Source of the DNA: Octopus sinensis
Taxonomy: Eukaryota
Direction: 5' to 3'
Length of the DNA: 64,000 nt
Assembly: GCF_006345805.1 (NCBI RefSeq)
Contig: NC_043003.1
Coordinates: forward strand, 42,098,001-42,162,000
The notes beneath the pieces are model-generated. The model was not told where the DNA came from. It worked only from the letters and a program-made list of their open reading frames with translations, and made no database searches. Each line of letters begins with the position of its first letter. The stretch's first letter is position 1. A program made the translations under genes and the position numbers. This document shows, piece by piece, positions 15,231 to 28,006 of this stretch.

Positions 15231-15518
15231 TTGTGAGCGGATTTGGTAGACGAAAACAGAAAGAAGCCCGTCGAATATATGTATATGTTTGAGTGTGTGT
15301 ATATGTTTGTGTGACTGTGTTTGCCCCCCCCCCCCACATCTCTTCACAAACAATGATGTGTTTACGTCCCCGTAACTTAGTGGTTCGGCATAAGAGACCG
15401 ATAGAATAAGTACTAGGCTTACAAAGAATAAGTACTGGGATCGATTTGCTCGACTAAAGGTGGTGCTTCAGCATGGCCACATTCAAATGACTGAAATAAG
15501 TAAAAGAGTAAAGGAGTA
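15231..15518 (+). mobile_element. SINE family A, 5'-truncated
   Basis: Matches the body and tail of 41013-41426. Confidence 0.85.
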
Positions 15519-15924
15519 TATATATATGTATAATACACACACACACGCACGCACACACACGCACACACACACACGCACACAGATATATACACAATGGAAT
15601 TTCCCGTCGAAGACGACGTATCAGCGTTCAGCTTCTGCAGAACGAGCTGCACAAATTATTTGTTGAAAGAGGTCAAATTTATGTACTGTACAATAAATTA
15701 CTCCCGCCGTCAAACCAACGTCGTCTTCACAGGTGCACAAGTGTCGAAACCATCGCAGAGGAACGTCAACTGAAGTGTTTTGCTGAAGAACTCAACGCGA
15801 TATTCGCAACGGGAATCGAACCGACGAAGTAGCGATCGTGATCCTGAGTGTAAAACAGAAACCACTAGACCACGGGCAATCTATGTGTGTGTATATATAT
15901 ATATAGGTGTGTGTGTGTGTGTTT

Positions 15925-16090
15925 GTGTGACTGTGTGTCATCCCTACCAACGCTTGACAGCCGATGTGAGTGTATTTACGTTCCGTAATTTAGCGGTACG
16001 GCAAAACGGACAGATAGAATAAGTATTAGGATTACAGAGAATAAGTCCTAGCGGTCGATTAGCTAGACTAAAGCTGGTGCTACAACATCG

Positions 16091-16092
<2 letters not shown>
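15925..16092 (+). mobile_element. SINE family A, 3' part
   Basis: gatagaataagtattagg...gactaaagctggtgctacaacatcgccgca. Confidence 0.7.
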
Positions 16093-16158
<66 letters not shown>

Positions 16159-16168
16159 TGTAGCAATG

Positions 16169-16648
16169 CTAGTGTATCGCCCAACAGTGACACTTCACGA
16201 ATTGAGTACATATTACATTTTATTACACTTGCACAATATTGCACAATATTGCACTTGCACAATTGTCATCAAAACAATGATATCATTTGTCGACTTGTAA
16301 CCTATTGCAAAGCTGCAGTTGAACAAGAGTATCTCACCATCACCACCTGATCTGCCATACACACATAATTCAGATTTCTGACGAAACCACCAGCAATACC
16401 TTAGACTTCAACGCCCTCCCCACCACCACCATCACCACTGTCTTTCACATCGTCAACTCTCACTAAAGTTCTTTGTCCCTCTTTCTTTCTCACTCATTGT
16501 CTGTCTTCACCACTGCCCTCACCGTCGCTATGCCTACCATTACTCTCACGCCAACATGAGCAATAGTAGGAGTGTCAATGACTAGTGAGAGAGGGGTCGA
16601 AATGCGACACACTGACACACAGAATTTAGTTTTTGCATTTATTATTAT
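16169..16648 (-). mobile_element. Non-autonomous Helitron-like element
   Basis: Minus strand starts taataataaatgcaaaaact...tgtgtgtcagtgtgtc and ends gggcgatacactag (CTAG); homologous along its length to 47735-48504. Confidence 0.65.
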
Positions 16649-16854
16649 CATTGTTGTTGTTGTCGTTGCTGTTATTATTATTCAGTAGGAAAACAGATAG
16701 CAACTGCTGAAGAGTCGTTCTTTATGTTCATTGTCTTGTTTTCGTTTGTGTCTTTCGTTGCTCCAAAAAATAGTTCATATTCCATTTACTCGTATTTCAT
16801 ATTTTTTGTCGTACACGTTTCACGAGGTCCTGTACCCACATGCATATATATATG

Positions 16855-16948
<94 letters not shown>

Positions 16949-16985
16949 TATATATATACATATATACATATATATACATATATAC

Positions 16986-17037
<52 letters not shown>

Positions 17038-17042
17038 TATTG

Positions 17043-17086
<44 letters not shown>

Positions 17087-17733
17087 TGAACGCCACACAC
17101 CATCTTCTTCCAAGTATATATGCTTGTGTGTGTGCGCGTGTGTACTTATATTTCTCTAAATATACCCAAACAACGCATCACTGTATATCTGTCTCACCCT
17201 CTCTAGCTTTGTGATTGCCTATCTGTGAGTATACCACCTTTCATTTCGCTTAGCCATTTATCCAATTTTACTCAGATAATTTCGCAATCTTGCTTTCATG
17301 CTTGTTCACTCTTTCAAATACCATATCGCGCAGTATCCCATTCTTCGCGAACCATCCATCATCTAGACATATCTTCCTAGTCAGGCATTGCATTCATAAT
17401 ATCACATATCTTCTTAATTCTCATTTACAATCCGTTCTCTGAGTAACAAAAACTCACACCCACACACCCTTTCATCTTCTTCAATATAGTTGCTTTACTC
17501 TCCCCAGCTTCCTGCAATATACCCGGATAACAATGTGTCCAAAACACGTGTTCATCAAGAAAGGATCCTTAAAATATAATCAGCATGATAAAATCGGTGT
17601 CAAAATATTTTTATGTTTTCAGTATCTTTTTATGTTTTCACTATTTCAGTATAGATACTTAAATAGACAGAATTGATAGACAGATAGATAGTTAGAAAGA
17701 TAGCTAGCTTGATAGAAAGATAGATACAAGGAT

Positions 17734-17797
<64 letters not shown>

Positions 17798-17873
17798 GCA
17801 AAGATAAATAGGTAGATAGATATATATATATACGCACATAAATGTATTCTCATACATACATACATACATACAT

Positions 17874-17920
<47 letters not shown>

Positions 17921-18119
17921 TATACATACATACATACATACACACATATATATGTACATACATACATATATACATACGTGAATGCCTGCATAAACAAACT
18001 GATATTCTGAAACGTTTTGTCTCTCCATTTCTTTCCCTGCTTCACTCATTTTTTACTACCTTTCATTCCTTCTCTCTCGCTCTCTGAACCAGTGCACGTG
18101 TTTGTTTCATGTGTATATA

Positions 18120-18467
18120 TCTTTATATATATAAAACTGAGAATGTGTGTCTATCTGTCTGTGTGTTTCCCTAAAACTTGAGAACTACACAACCAATTTC
18201 ATTCAAATTTTACACATGCCTTACTTAGGGTCCGGGGAATGCCACCGGCAAAAAATTTGAACTTTTTGCCTACGGCGAATTAATCTCATAAAAGACTTAT
18301 TCCTCCTCAGTAGAGCTTACGAGAGAATAGAAATAAGATACTTACATGCGCCCATGGAAAAAGCCGAAGCAAAAAACATGAGTACATTTAAGTACCCCAG
18401 TTATATCTAAAAATAAAAATTCTTTGGTCAGCCTCAGTACAACGTGTTGACTGTTCCCCACTACTAG
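18120..18467 (+). mobile_element. Non-autonomous Helitron
   Basis: Canonical junctions A|TC...CTAG|T, imperfect subterminal hairpin cagtacaacgtgttgactg, no TSD. Confidence 0.7.
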
Positions 18468-18537
18468 TAGAAGTCACTTGGACTGAACCCGGAACCATGT
18501 GGTTGGGAAGCAAGCTTCTTACCACACAGTCACACCT

Positions 18538-18542
<5 letters not shown>
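18468..18542 (-). mobile_element. SINE family A head fragment
   Basis: ggactgaacccggaaccatgtggttggg...ccacacagtcacacctgcgc. Confidence 0.8.
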
Positions 18543-18594
<52 letters not shown>

Positions 18595-19122
18595 TAAAGG
18601 CTCCTAAATTAGGATGCCGAGTGCTGGGAACACAAAGGGGATGAATTTATCGAGAGTGAAAATCAAAAACGTTTACCGATAACTTTACATCTCGGACTGA
18701 TCAGTTTCTGCCTACTTCTAGCAAAACACAGAATATGTTTGCTAAGGCTGGCTTTATCAACAAGTCGCCTAAATTGAATCGAGGTCTGCAGCGATGTGAG
18801 ACCATGCGTTGATCTCGACTACTAGCAGAACTTAACTTTTCAGATCTGCGCAGACGACTAATTCGTCTTTTGTGCTGGGCACCTGGTAGTAACTAATATT
18901 ACTACCCCTCTTGTTTATATTCGCATATTACTTGATGAATTTATTCGTAAAATTATTCCCGCATGCCCTATACTGCCGTGTAAGTTTTGCTATACATTCG
19001 CTCACTCAATTCATCATTTGGTATCCCTAAAGAAATCATCTGTGCAGTTTGTTCTGCAAAAAATAGCGGAAAACTTTTCTATCATCGATGACAGGAGAGC
19101 CTACAATAGTTATGTGGATGTA

Positions 19123-19461
19123 GTGAAGGCGCATGGCTCAGTGGTTAGAGCGTCGAGCTTACGATCGGGAGGTTGGGAGTTCGAATCCCGGACTGGGCTG
19201 CGTGTTGTGTTCTTGAGCAAGACACTTTATTTCACGTTGCTCCAGATCACTCAGCTGTAGAAATGAGTTGCGACGTCACAGGTGCCAAGCTGTATCGGCC
19301 TTTGACTTTCCCTTGGATAGCACTGGTGGAGTGGAGAGGGGAGGCCGGTATGCATGGGTGACTGCTGGTCTTCCATAAACAACCTTACCCGGACTTGTGC
19401 CTGGAATGGTAACTTTCTAGGTGCAAACCCATGGTCAGTCATGACCGAAGGGGGTCTCAGC
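19123..19461 (+). mobile_element. Full-length tRNA-derived SINE, family B
   Basis: A box tggctcagtgg, B box gagttcgaatcc; 13 bp TSD ttatgt(g/a)gatgta at 19110-19122 and 19462-19474. Confidence 0.92.
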
Positions 19462-22400
19462 TTATGTAGATGTAAATATGTAAATAGGTGAATGTATGTG
19501 TGCGCCAGTGGTCTTTCAACTGCATCCTTGTATGGTTGATTACATGTACAGTATCGACATTATATTTTGGTTTTTGCAATGGATAGTGGTTGGAGACGTA
19601 CGTTGGCTATATCGTTACGAAGTGTCTCTGTGAGTGTGTGCGCATATGCCTCATTTGATTCGTCAATATTTACCGTTTACAGATACGAGTCAATGAACAT
19701 ATGAGCGCGCGTGGTTTGTTTCGTGTTTGTGAAATACACGGGCGAAGCCACACACGTGTGTATATATATCATTGTACTCGTGGTAGTAATTGACACGTGT
19801 ACATGTGAGTACTTTAGAGTGTTCGTGCATATGTGTGTGTGTCTAACTGTGGGATTAGGTTTGTTTATAACATGAGTGTTTATGTCATTCAAGGCTATGT
19901 AACTGCTTGCGTATATTCTTTCATTTTTTGATTTTATTTGTTTCAGCTGTACAGCTGCGGTCATGCTGGAGCACCACCGTGGGTATGTAACTAAATCAAT
20001 GCGTTGAGTGCATCTGTATTCTACGCTACAGTTATATTATTGTGAATGCTGCTGTGGCAAAGTAGATTTTCCATATGCATGGTATGCATAGAAGTGAGTG
20101 TAATTTGCATGGCTCTATATTTTGTGTGTGTGTGCGGGCAAGCGCGTGTGACATTTCTTTTTGTAGTTGGTTTTAGAGTTGAGTGTGATGCAAGAGTTCT
20201 ACTTATTGAGGTGTCATCGAAATGTTTGGATTCATATATTTGTCCATGGGCGTATTGTTTTAAACTGTGAGAGTATGTCTGGGCAATACAAGTCGATATT
20301 TTGTGTTCATTTATATCTTGCCGTATGTATATTTTATTGCATATTACTTTGGTTGTGTGTATATGAATGCGCCATGTGTGTGCGTCAGATGGTGATATAC
20401 TAGCTCACGATCCAAGAGTGTGCAGTGATTGAAAGCATGTTGCACAGCTGATGAAACTGGAGCGTCATTCTGTATTGTAGCAAGTATGGTAGCATGAATA
20501 TGTCATTGGGGCGAAAAGCTAAACATTTTTTTTCTGTAGGTGCTAGATATGAAGCACGTTGTTAAATTCTGTCTGGTTTCAAGAGAAGTCGCTACTAGTT
20601 TTTTGAAGTCAGATATCACTTCTGCTTATAGAACAGCCTGCTTATTTAAACTATTAATAAAGTTAGTGGAAATCAATGTCTGCAAGATTTCACAGCTTTA
20701 ACAACATTCATTCGTAGTCAGCCTATGAACTTTTCAGTCCACTCTCGCAGATAGAGATATTTTAGTAACAATAAATGTTTCCTATTAATATATCTTAATT
20801 TGGTTCAATTCTCTATTTGGGTGAATAACTTGCATAATTCCACATTCTATTCCAGGTAACTTTGTATTAGTATATAGATTTTAGAAATATGATTTATATT
20901 CTCATATTCGTATTTAAAGTAACATTTAATATAGAAATTTGACATTATCATTTTTTTAATATCTACTACCAGGAAGGACAAGAACAACGGTGTCTATTCT
21001 CTTTTCTGTTTTGAACGACTTGTGAGATCGACGTGACCGATATTTCACATGAACTTCTGTGGTCGACGTATTTGACGGTAGTGGGGTTGATGATTGTGAA
21101 AAGAAATAGACTTTAAGCAAGGTCTCCAAGTCAAGCGAAGTAGACACGGTTCGTAAAGAACTTGGACAAGTGCACTTTCACAGCTGGAGATAAAAACATG
21201 AACAGGAAGTTTTTTGTAAGTGGTTACCGTGTGGTCGAGTGAAGAAGAGAATATGACTGATTGGAGAATGAGATTTCGGAATCTCATTAATGGTGTTTAG
21301 GAACCGAGGCATTCAAGAAATCGTACTTTAATTTCTGTCTCATATCTTTGGAACTGAAATTGGTGATCGATGTCTTGCCAGCAGTCTAGCACGTTCTAGA
21401 ACATCAGTAATGGTAGAAACATGAGCATTCTCGTGATGCAGAATAGTGTTCCACTGTATGTGTCGCTTAAATTTTACTTCGATTTAATAGTTCATGGGAG
21501 AGGATGTACTGTCTGTCCCAGAAGTAAAAGGACAATTTTAGTGTCGTAGTATTTGTTACGTTGAGACTAGCAGACAATTCTCAGTGGAGATAAAGTCTTG
21601 AATTTAAAATGGAAAAGCAAAAGAGAGATACAGATGAATTCGTCACTACAAAGGAAAAATATGAGAAATGTTCATTGTAGGAGTAATAAAGAAGCTGTAA
21701 GTTATTATCGTTCATTTGTTGAAGCAGTAGTGCATCGGACACTAATCTATCACAAATGTAATCTATAACATGTGTGCGTGCATGAGTTTGTATGTATGTG
21801 TGTGTTTCTTTGTATGTGTGAGAGAGAGAGAGAGAAAAAAAAGAGAGAGGGTGAAAGAGAAAGAAAGAAAGGCAGTGAGCAGTTTCAATACTTCAATGTT
21901 CACAATGTCACCATGTAACAATGGAGTAGAACTTCCACAGAAGTAGAATATACAAATATCATCAGTTTTAGAAAGCGTTGTGTGATATGCCAGAAGTGAT
22001 TTAATTTATAAAAATATAATGAATGATCACTCAAGAAAGATTTAATAAGTAAGATAGTACTCTGTTGATTACTGCATTTTCTTACGTAACACCAAACAGA
22101 CAACACTGTAGTTGTTCTATCGCTTATCATTATATACTTGTAACAAGTAATGTAACGCGCAATTTTTTGTTTCAAAACTTACCAACTCAGTTGAAAATAA
22201 AACAGCACGTTATGATTTTTATTATTGTTTGGCACAAAATCAACATTTAGCAAACTTCTATAGGGTATCTAACACAAAATTGTTTAATATTTCATTCTAT
22301 TCTCTCTTTTTTTTTTTACAGAGAAGTATCGTGTGTGAATTAAGTGAGATTTAATGTGATGACACCGAATGATGCTAGATTTCATAGATGTTCATGCATA

Positions 22401-22745
22401 AAAATACAGGTATCATACTCTGGTTCAGTGATGTGATATTCAGAAGTTCTCTTTGTATCTCTTGGGTTTCATGTCCAATCCGAATGCCAAATCGAGCAAC
22501 TAACTAAAAAAAAAATTATCATTCTTCGAGTGAACTAAAATAGTTTTGTATAAAATTTGTTCAACGGAAACTGTGAAATATGTTACTTGAGATCGTCCCT
22601 GCGTGGCCTTGTACAATAACAACGGCAGTTCTATGGTGCTTTAGCTAGCCTAAAGTATCTATCTTAGATATCTTGCAAACAACTTGCACATGCAAGTGCT
22701 ACCAGTTAAAAGCTCCGTATATCGGAAGCTAGCAAGTGTATAGGG

Positions 22746-22792
22746 TCATCAGGAGAGAATGCGCGCCGTTTCGGGGCCTACCTCTCGACGGC
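22746..22792 (-). ncRNA. Hammerhead-like motif with non-canonical strand order
   Basis: Minus strand gccg-UC-gagag gta ggcccc-GAAA-cggc gcgcatt ctctc-CUGAUGA. Stems I and III are in exact register; stem II is not canonical. Confidence 0.45.
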
Positions 22793-22952
22793 ATCAATGC
22801 GCACCGGCCCCCCTCACTGATATGAGGCCCCGCTTGCTAGATCAGCTGGTTATGAAGAACTCAATATACTTCTAGTCATCGCTCATCGTCTCTCTTTAAC
22901 CAAATCCAGTGGCTAGCCTTCTCCACTGTAGATTGGATATCAGTCATGGTTG

Positions 22953-23013
22953 TATTGACTTTACGATGAGTTATTGACTTTACGATGAGTTATTGACTTT
23001 ACGATGAGTTATT
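22953..23013. repeat. 19 bp minisatellite, about 3.2 exact copies
   Basis: (ttattgactttacgatgag)n. Confidence 0.95.
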
Positions 23014-23739
23014 AACTGGGTCTACATTGTTATAAATATTCAGGCCAGGTATCCTGTTTTAGTTTTACCTTCTACTTTTCCGTTCACTAGTCTATGAGCC
23101 CCGAAAATTTCTCATGAGTGTTTACTCCTTTAGCTAAGCCGATAACAGAAATCAAATGTCTTGTTTTTTAAATATAAAAATATAAACATAGAACTTTTGA
23201 GATACAATCAAATTTCACACATCCATTATTCATTTTAGGGTTAGTTCAAAGATATAACAATGTAGGCCTCTCAGTTACAATGGCTACAAACCATCGAACA
23301 GCATTTCATTATCTCATTAACAAATTACTTATACACTGCAATAAAACACACAGAATTAAACTGACCGCAAACCCTCAAGTTAACTTACAACTTTTGGGAT
23401 TTCTTTGCAAAATCTTTCTATGCTAATTTGCTATGTAAATGAGAAGTTTGTAAATGTGTAGTTTATCTGTGGAAGAATAAGAAATCCCAGCACACGAGAT
23501 AAGATTCTTTAGAGGTAAAAGTAATTGGTACTTTACAGTTTCACGTCCGTCGGCTGGCCGGTGTTTTAATCCTACTTAATCCGTGACCAAATCTTTGTCA
23601 AAGACATGATTGGAATGTGGGATTTACCGTTCAATTGCTAAAAGCCAAAATGACAAAAGCGATAAAGATGATGTCATTTATACTTGAGATAGTTTGACCT
23701 TAATTTCAGTTTACGTGTTGTTAAGGAGGTGAATGATAA

Positions 23740-24720
23740 AGACAATGAACCACAGAGAGAGGGGGGAGAAAGAAGGAAAGAAAGTGAGGGAGTAAGACAG
23801 AGAGAAACTGAGTATGTTAGAAACAGGGGGAGTGTTAGAGAGCAAGATTGGGTGACTAAGATAGAAGTATATAGACAGTGAGTGAGAGAAGAGCTTAGGG
23901 AATTAGAAGTAGTTGAAAGGATTAAGAATGGAGAATAGGGAAAGAGAAAACTTCAACTGGAAGAGTGGGGAAGTTTATGCGTCAAGGGAGAGATAAACAG
24001 CTATAAATAGAGAAAATAAAAACGAGAGAGAAATAGAGAGGAGGGAGGAGAGGGAGAGGGAGAGAGAGATAAATGGTTAATGGTTGAGAACGGCAGAGGT
24101 AATTTAAAAGGGGTTAAAGTGATTGAGATAGAAAGAGATGAAAATAGAGGGGCAAATATGAATAGTACTTCTTGATGATGTGAAGTGTGTTTATGTGACA
24201 AGGTGGAGAAATCAATAGATATGATTGATAGAAGGATGTAAAGGAAGGAGGGGAGAGTCATAGATAAGAACTTGAAGGTAGAGAAAGATAACAAGAAACA
24301 TAGAGATGAAGAGAATGGCATAGATAAATAATGAAAGACAGGGAATGGTTGTAGAAAGGTATAGAGGGATAGCGATAAGCAGTTAAAATTTGAGAGGCTG
24401 GAAGATATGGTTGTCAGAAAGAGGTAAAAGTAAAGAGATATATTGATAAGTAGAGAAATGTAGAGAAATGTAGAGAAAGTTAGAGAAACGCAAAGATAAC
24501 TTGAAAAAAGTAGGAGGATGGAAGAAATGGGCAAAGGTAGATAGATAAAAATGTAGATTACTCAAAGAAAGAAACTCAAAGATGTGAAGTCGGACAACGT
24601 TCAGATACTTTAAGAAGAGATGGATAAGAAGCAATACATGAGAATATTGAGGGAAGGGTTTATTTGTTTGTCTATCTAGTGGAGAGAAAATAGTGAAATG
24701 AGAACAACTGAAAATGTTGC
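23740..24720 (+). repeat. Purine-skewed low-complexity block
   Basis: About 1 kb of G/A-rich plus strand with subrepeats such as (gtagagaaat)3 near 24450. Confidence 0.7.
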
Positions 24721-24724
24721 ATAT

Positions 24725-24830
<106 letters not shown>

Positions 24831-24870
24831 AACAAAGTGAAGTTGTAAGGTACCGCACGAGTGGAATTAT

Positions 24871-24956
24871 ATATGAAAGAATGTTTGAAAATGCAATTTT
24901 AAAAAGATGTTTATTTTAAAAATAAACATCTTTTAAAATTGCATTTTCAAACCTTC

Positions 24957-24964
<8 letters not shown>
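24871..24964. repeat. Near-perfect 94 bp palindrome
   Basis: atatgaaagaatgtttgaaaatgcaattttaaaaagatgtttatttt followed by its reverse complement with about 2 differences. Confidence 0.9.
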
Positions 24965-25004
<40 letters not shown>

Positions 25005-25014
25005 GTGTGTGTAT

Positions 25015-26720
25015 GCATGTTTCTTTTATTATTAATCAAAAATCTTCCATTGAGGAGGAAGCCAGACTCCAACAAAGATAGAATTCTGCAGTTTTGGGAT
25101 GTTATTAACACCGGCAAATTCACATTCGGAACTTGAAAAAAGTCTTGCATATTTTTACTGCTCCACTCACAGATTGCATTTGTAATGTACGAATCAGCCG
25201 GTCAATTTCTCTTTCTGAAAATCCCAGTTTATCCAGAATTTCCTTTAAGCATTTATCAATAAAACCTAGTGTTCTAGTTATTATTGATATGAATATGAAT
25301 TCATAGTCTGCATATAGAAGCTGGAGGTTGCGAAGCAGTTATACATAAATATCATCTTTTTCGTTGATTTTCAAAGCGATATTTATATCTGCTGAGCAAC
25401 TGACCTCTATGATGATACATACTTTTGCCCCTCTGTTCCAACAATAATAGCCGGCTTGTTATACTTACATTTGACAGAGGTTTTCATGTGAAATTCCACC
25501 AGTATTCTTTCAGTTGTTGTTTATGAATGTACTAGCAGCATAGCCCGGCGTTGCCCGGGTATGTAAGAGCCCCTAGTAGGCAACGACTAATCCCAATCTA
25601 GTCCTTTCCCTCTAGGGAACGAAGGCGCATGTTTAGGTTACAATGTCTTCTCTTCACTCCCAAATAACTATCAAACAGCTATCGATAATTCAACCCAACC
25701 AATTCCTACCAGGAAGAAATTACATTCGAGACTTTACCCCCAACACCGCCACTTCTGCCACTTTTTTTGTTTAAACTTTCTTTATAACTACCACCCCAAA
25801 CGTTTTACCTTAAATTTTTGACGTACCCTAAGGGTCCTCGGACGCTACTTGCAAACTCTTGGTTTATTATAAACCGCTTTTGTCGTGTGCACCAAAAAAC
25901 CTTTTCCATTCGTTTGTTCAGTTTGGTCACTTTTGACTTTTTCGTTGTTGTCACTCACATTGCTGCCCGCTTTTTTGCCGTTTTTGTACATTTTTATACA
26001 TTTTGGGATATTTACCCCACGTGTTCCAAGAGTTAAAAAGTCGAGTTGCGTCCCCTAGACTGTCTGTGGTTTGTGTTTAATACACAAATCGGTTTGCTAT
26101 GTGTGCCACATATGATGTAATTAACTGATTTTTTCCAGTAATAAAGTAGCCTATTGGAATAAAAAGGACCATATAGCTCCTTGGAGCAGACATGATGCTC
26201 ACTGTGAATTTAAAAAAAATTCCTGCCAATTTGTGAAAGATATTGTCGAAAATATGTCATCTTGAATTTGAATGCGATTTCCCAAAATGGCATGATTTTA
26301 TCGATTTTTTCTGATGGGAAGGTATTGCATGGAAAACTAACATCAGAATTAAGTTTCTTATGGTAACATTAAGCTTCACCATGAGTTTAGTGAAAATCGA
26401 TTGCAAGTTGCGAAAACTATAACAGAAAATGTGTTGCATATAAAAAGCTTAGATTCTCGACCCTATGTCGAATTTATCGATTGTTTTCAGAACTGGGGGA
26501 ACTTTTCAAACTTTTCGCTGTGTTAGTTTTGAATTATGACATTGGGCTATGTGTGTGTCAAGTTTCATCAGAATCAGTTGAAAGCCATGGTCAGGGTGAG
26601 GGTACAACCTGACAGACACACAGACATACAGACAGACAAACTGCCGTTTATATATAGAGAGAGATTTCATAACAGAGGGATTTTCTAAGTTTATTTCAGT
26701 ACAGTCTTTTTTGCAGATGA
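25015..26720 (-). mobile_element. R4/Dong-clade LINE fragment split by a Helitron (25015-25531 and 26665-26720)
   Basis: Reverse-complement homolog of 3595-4130; homology resumes on the far side of the Helitron (aatccctctgttatgaaat). Confidence 0.85.
25532..26664 (-). mobile_element. Non-autonomous Helitron, 1133 bp
   Basis: Minus strand A|TC...cccgggcaacgccggg hairpin...CTAG|T. The empty A|T site is seen in the paralogous LINE copy near 3620. Confidence 0.9.
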
Positions 26721-26747
26721 CATTGTAAATATGTATGTATGTATATA

Positions 26748-27050
26748 TGTGAAGGCTCGAAGCTTAGTGCTTAGGTCATTCGACTCACGATCGTAAGGTT
26801 GGGAGTTCAATTCCCGGCGACACTTTATTCCACGTTGCACCAGTCCACTCAGCTGGCAAAAATGAATAGTAACTGTATTTCAAAGGGCCAGCCTTCTCAC
26901 ACACTGTGTCACGCTGAATCTCCCTGAGAACTACGTTAAAGTTACACGTGTCTGTGGATTGCTCAGTCACTTGCACGTTAATTTCACGAGCAGGCTCTTC
27001 CGTTCATCAGATCAACTGGAACTATCATAGTCGTAACTGACGAAGTGCCA
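26748..27050 (+). mobile_element. tRNA-derived SINE with family-B head and different tail
   Basis: Head to cactcagctg as in 19123; tail ctgtatttcaaaggg...gtaactgacg as in 48685-49072. Confidence 0.85.
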
Positions 27051-27119
27051 GACATAGATAGACAGGTAGGTAGGTAGATAGAAGGATATATAGATAGCTA
27101 AATAGACAGCCAGATAGAC

Positions 27120-27242
<123 letters not shown>

Positions 27243-27604
27243 TAGATAGATAGATAGATAGATAAATACATACATACATACATACATACATACATACATA
27301 CATACATGCATACATACATACATATATTGAAGTAATGTTTATCTTTAGTTAAATTAGCTGTTACTGCTCTTTTTAATCCCAGAAGGACTCGTCCTTCATT
27401 TGGTTATTCGATGCCATCTGTGTCCGATACATATTGCAAGTAGGGGCGTGAACCACTACCCCCTTCCACTGAGGACACTATTAAACCGTAAAGTTGCGAA
27501 CTCCTCATGGTCATCCTCGCTGGTGGATACTAGTGATCGCAGCAGTAGTTAACTTCAGCTCGCAATATATAGAAAACAAGTGGTACACTGTCACGCGATG
27601 GTAG

Positions 27605-27842
27605 GGGCGGTTAAACACAGATACACAAGCATGCATACATACACACACACACACACGCACGCACACATATATATATTTACGACAGGCTTCTTTCAGTTTC
27701 CGTCTGCCAAATCTACTCACAAGGCTTTGGTCGGGACGAGGCTATAGTAGAAGACATTTGCCGAAGTTGCCACTCATTAGGACTGAAACCGGAATAATGT
27801 GGTTGGCAAGCTAGCTACTTTCCACTCACCCACTCCTGTGTA
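27605..27842 (-). mobile_element. SINE family A, 5' half
   Basis: cttctttcagtttccgtc...ggctatagtagaagaca...ccactcctg. Confidence 0.85.
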
Positions 27843-27972
27843 CGGGTGTATATATATATATATCTGACCTAAAAAGTAAGTAGTCAGGTCGATTTGTTCC
27901 ACTAAACCCTTCAGAATAGTTTCATATACATATGTTTGCGCTCGCTCGTGTGTGTGCATGCGTGTTAGCGAG

Positions 27973-28006
<34 letters not shown>

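Noticed and set aside
19123-19200. tRNA-like sequence with good A and B boxes (also 48685-48760, 41013-41090)
   Set aside because: These are SINE heads, continuous with SINE bodies and bounded by TSDs where checked; no full cloverleaf.
20956-21290. Overlapping minus-strand ORFs and a 9 bp hairpin at 21267-21288
   Set aside because: No motif or consistent splice structure; a single short hairpin is unremarkable.
22953-23013. Possible CRISPR-like repeat
   Set aside because: No spacers, three adjacent units, eukaryotic context.
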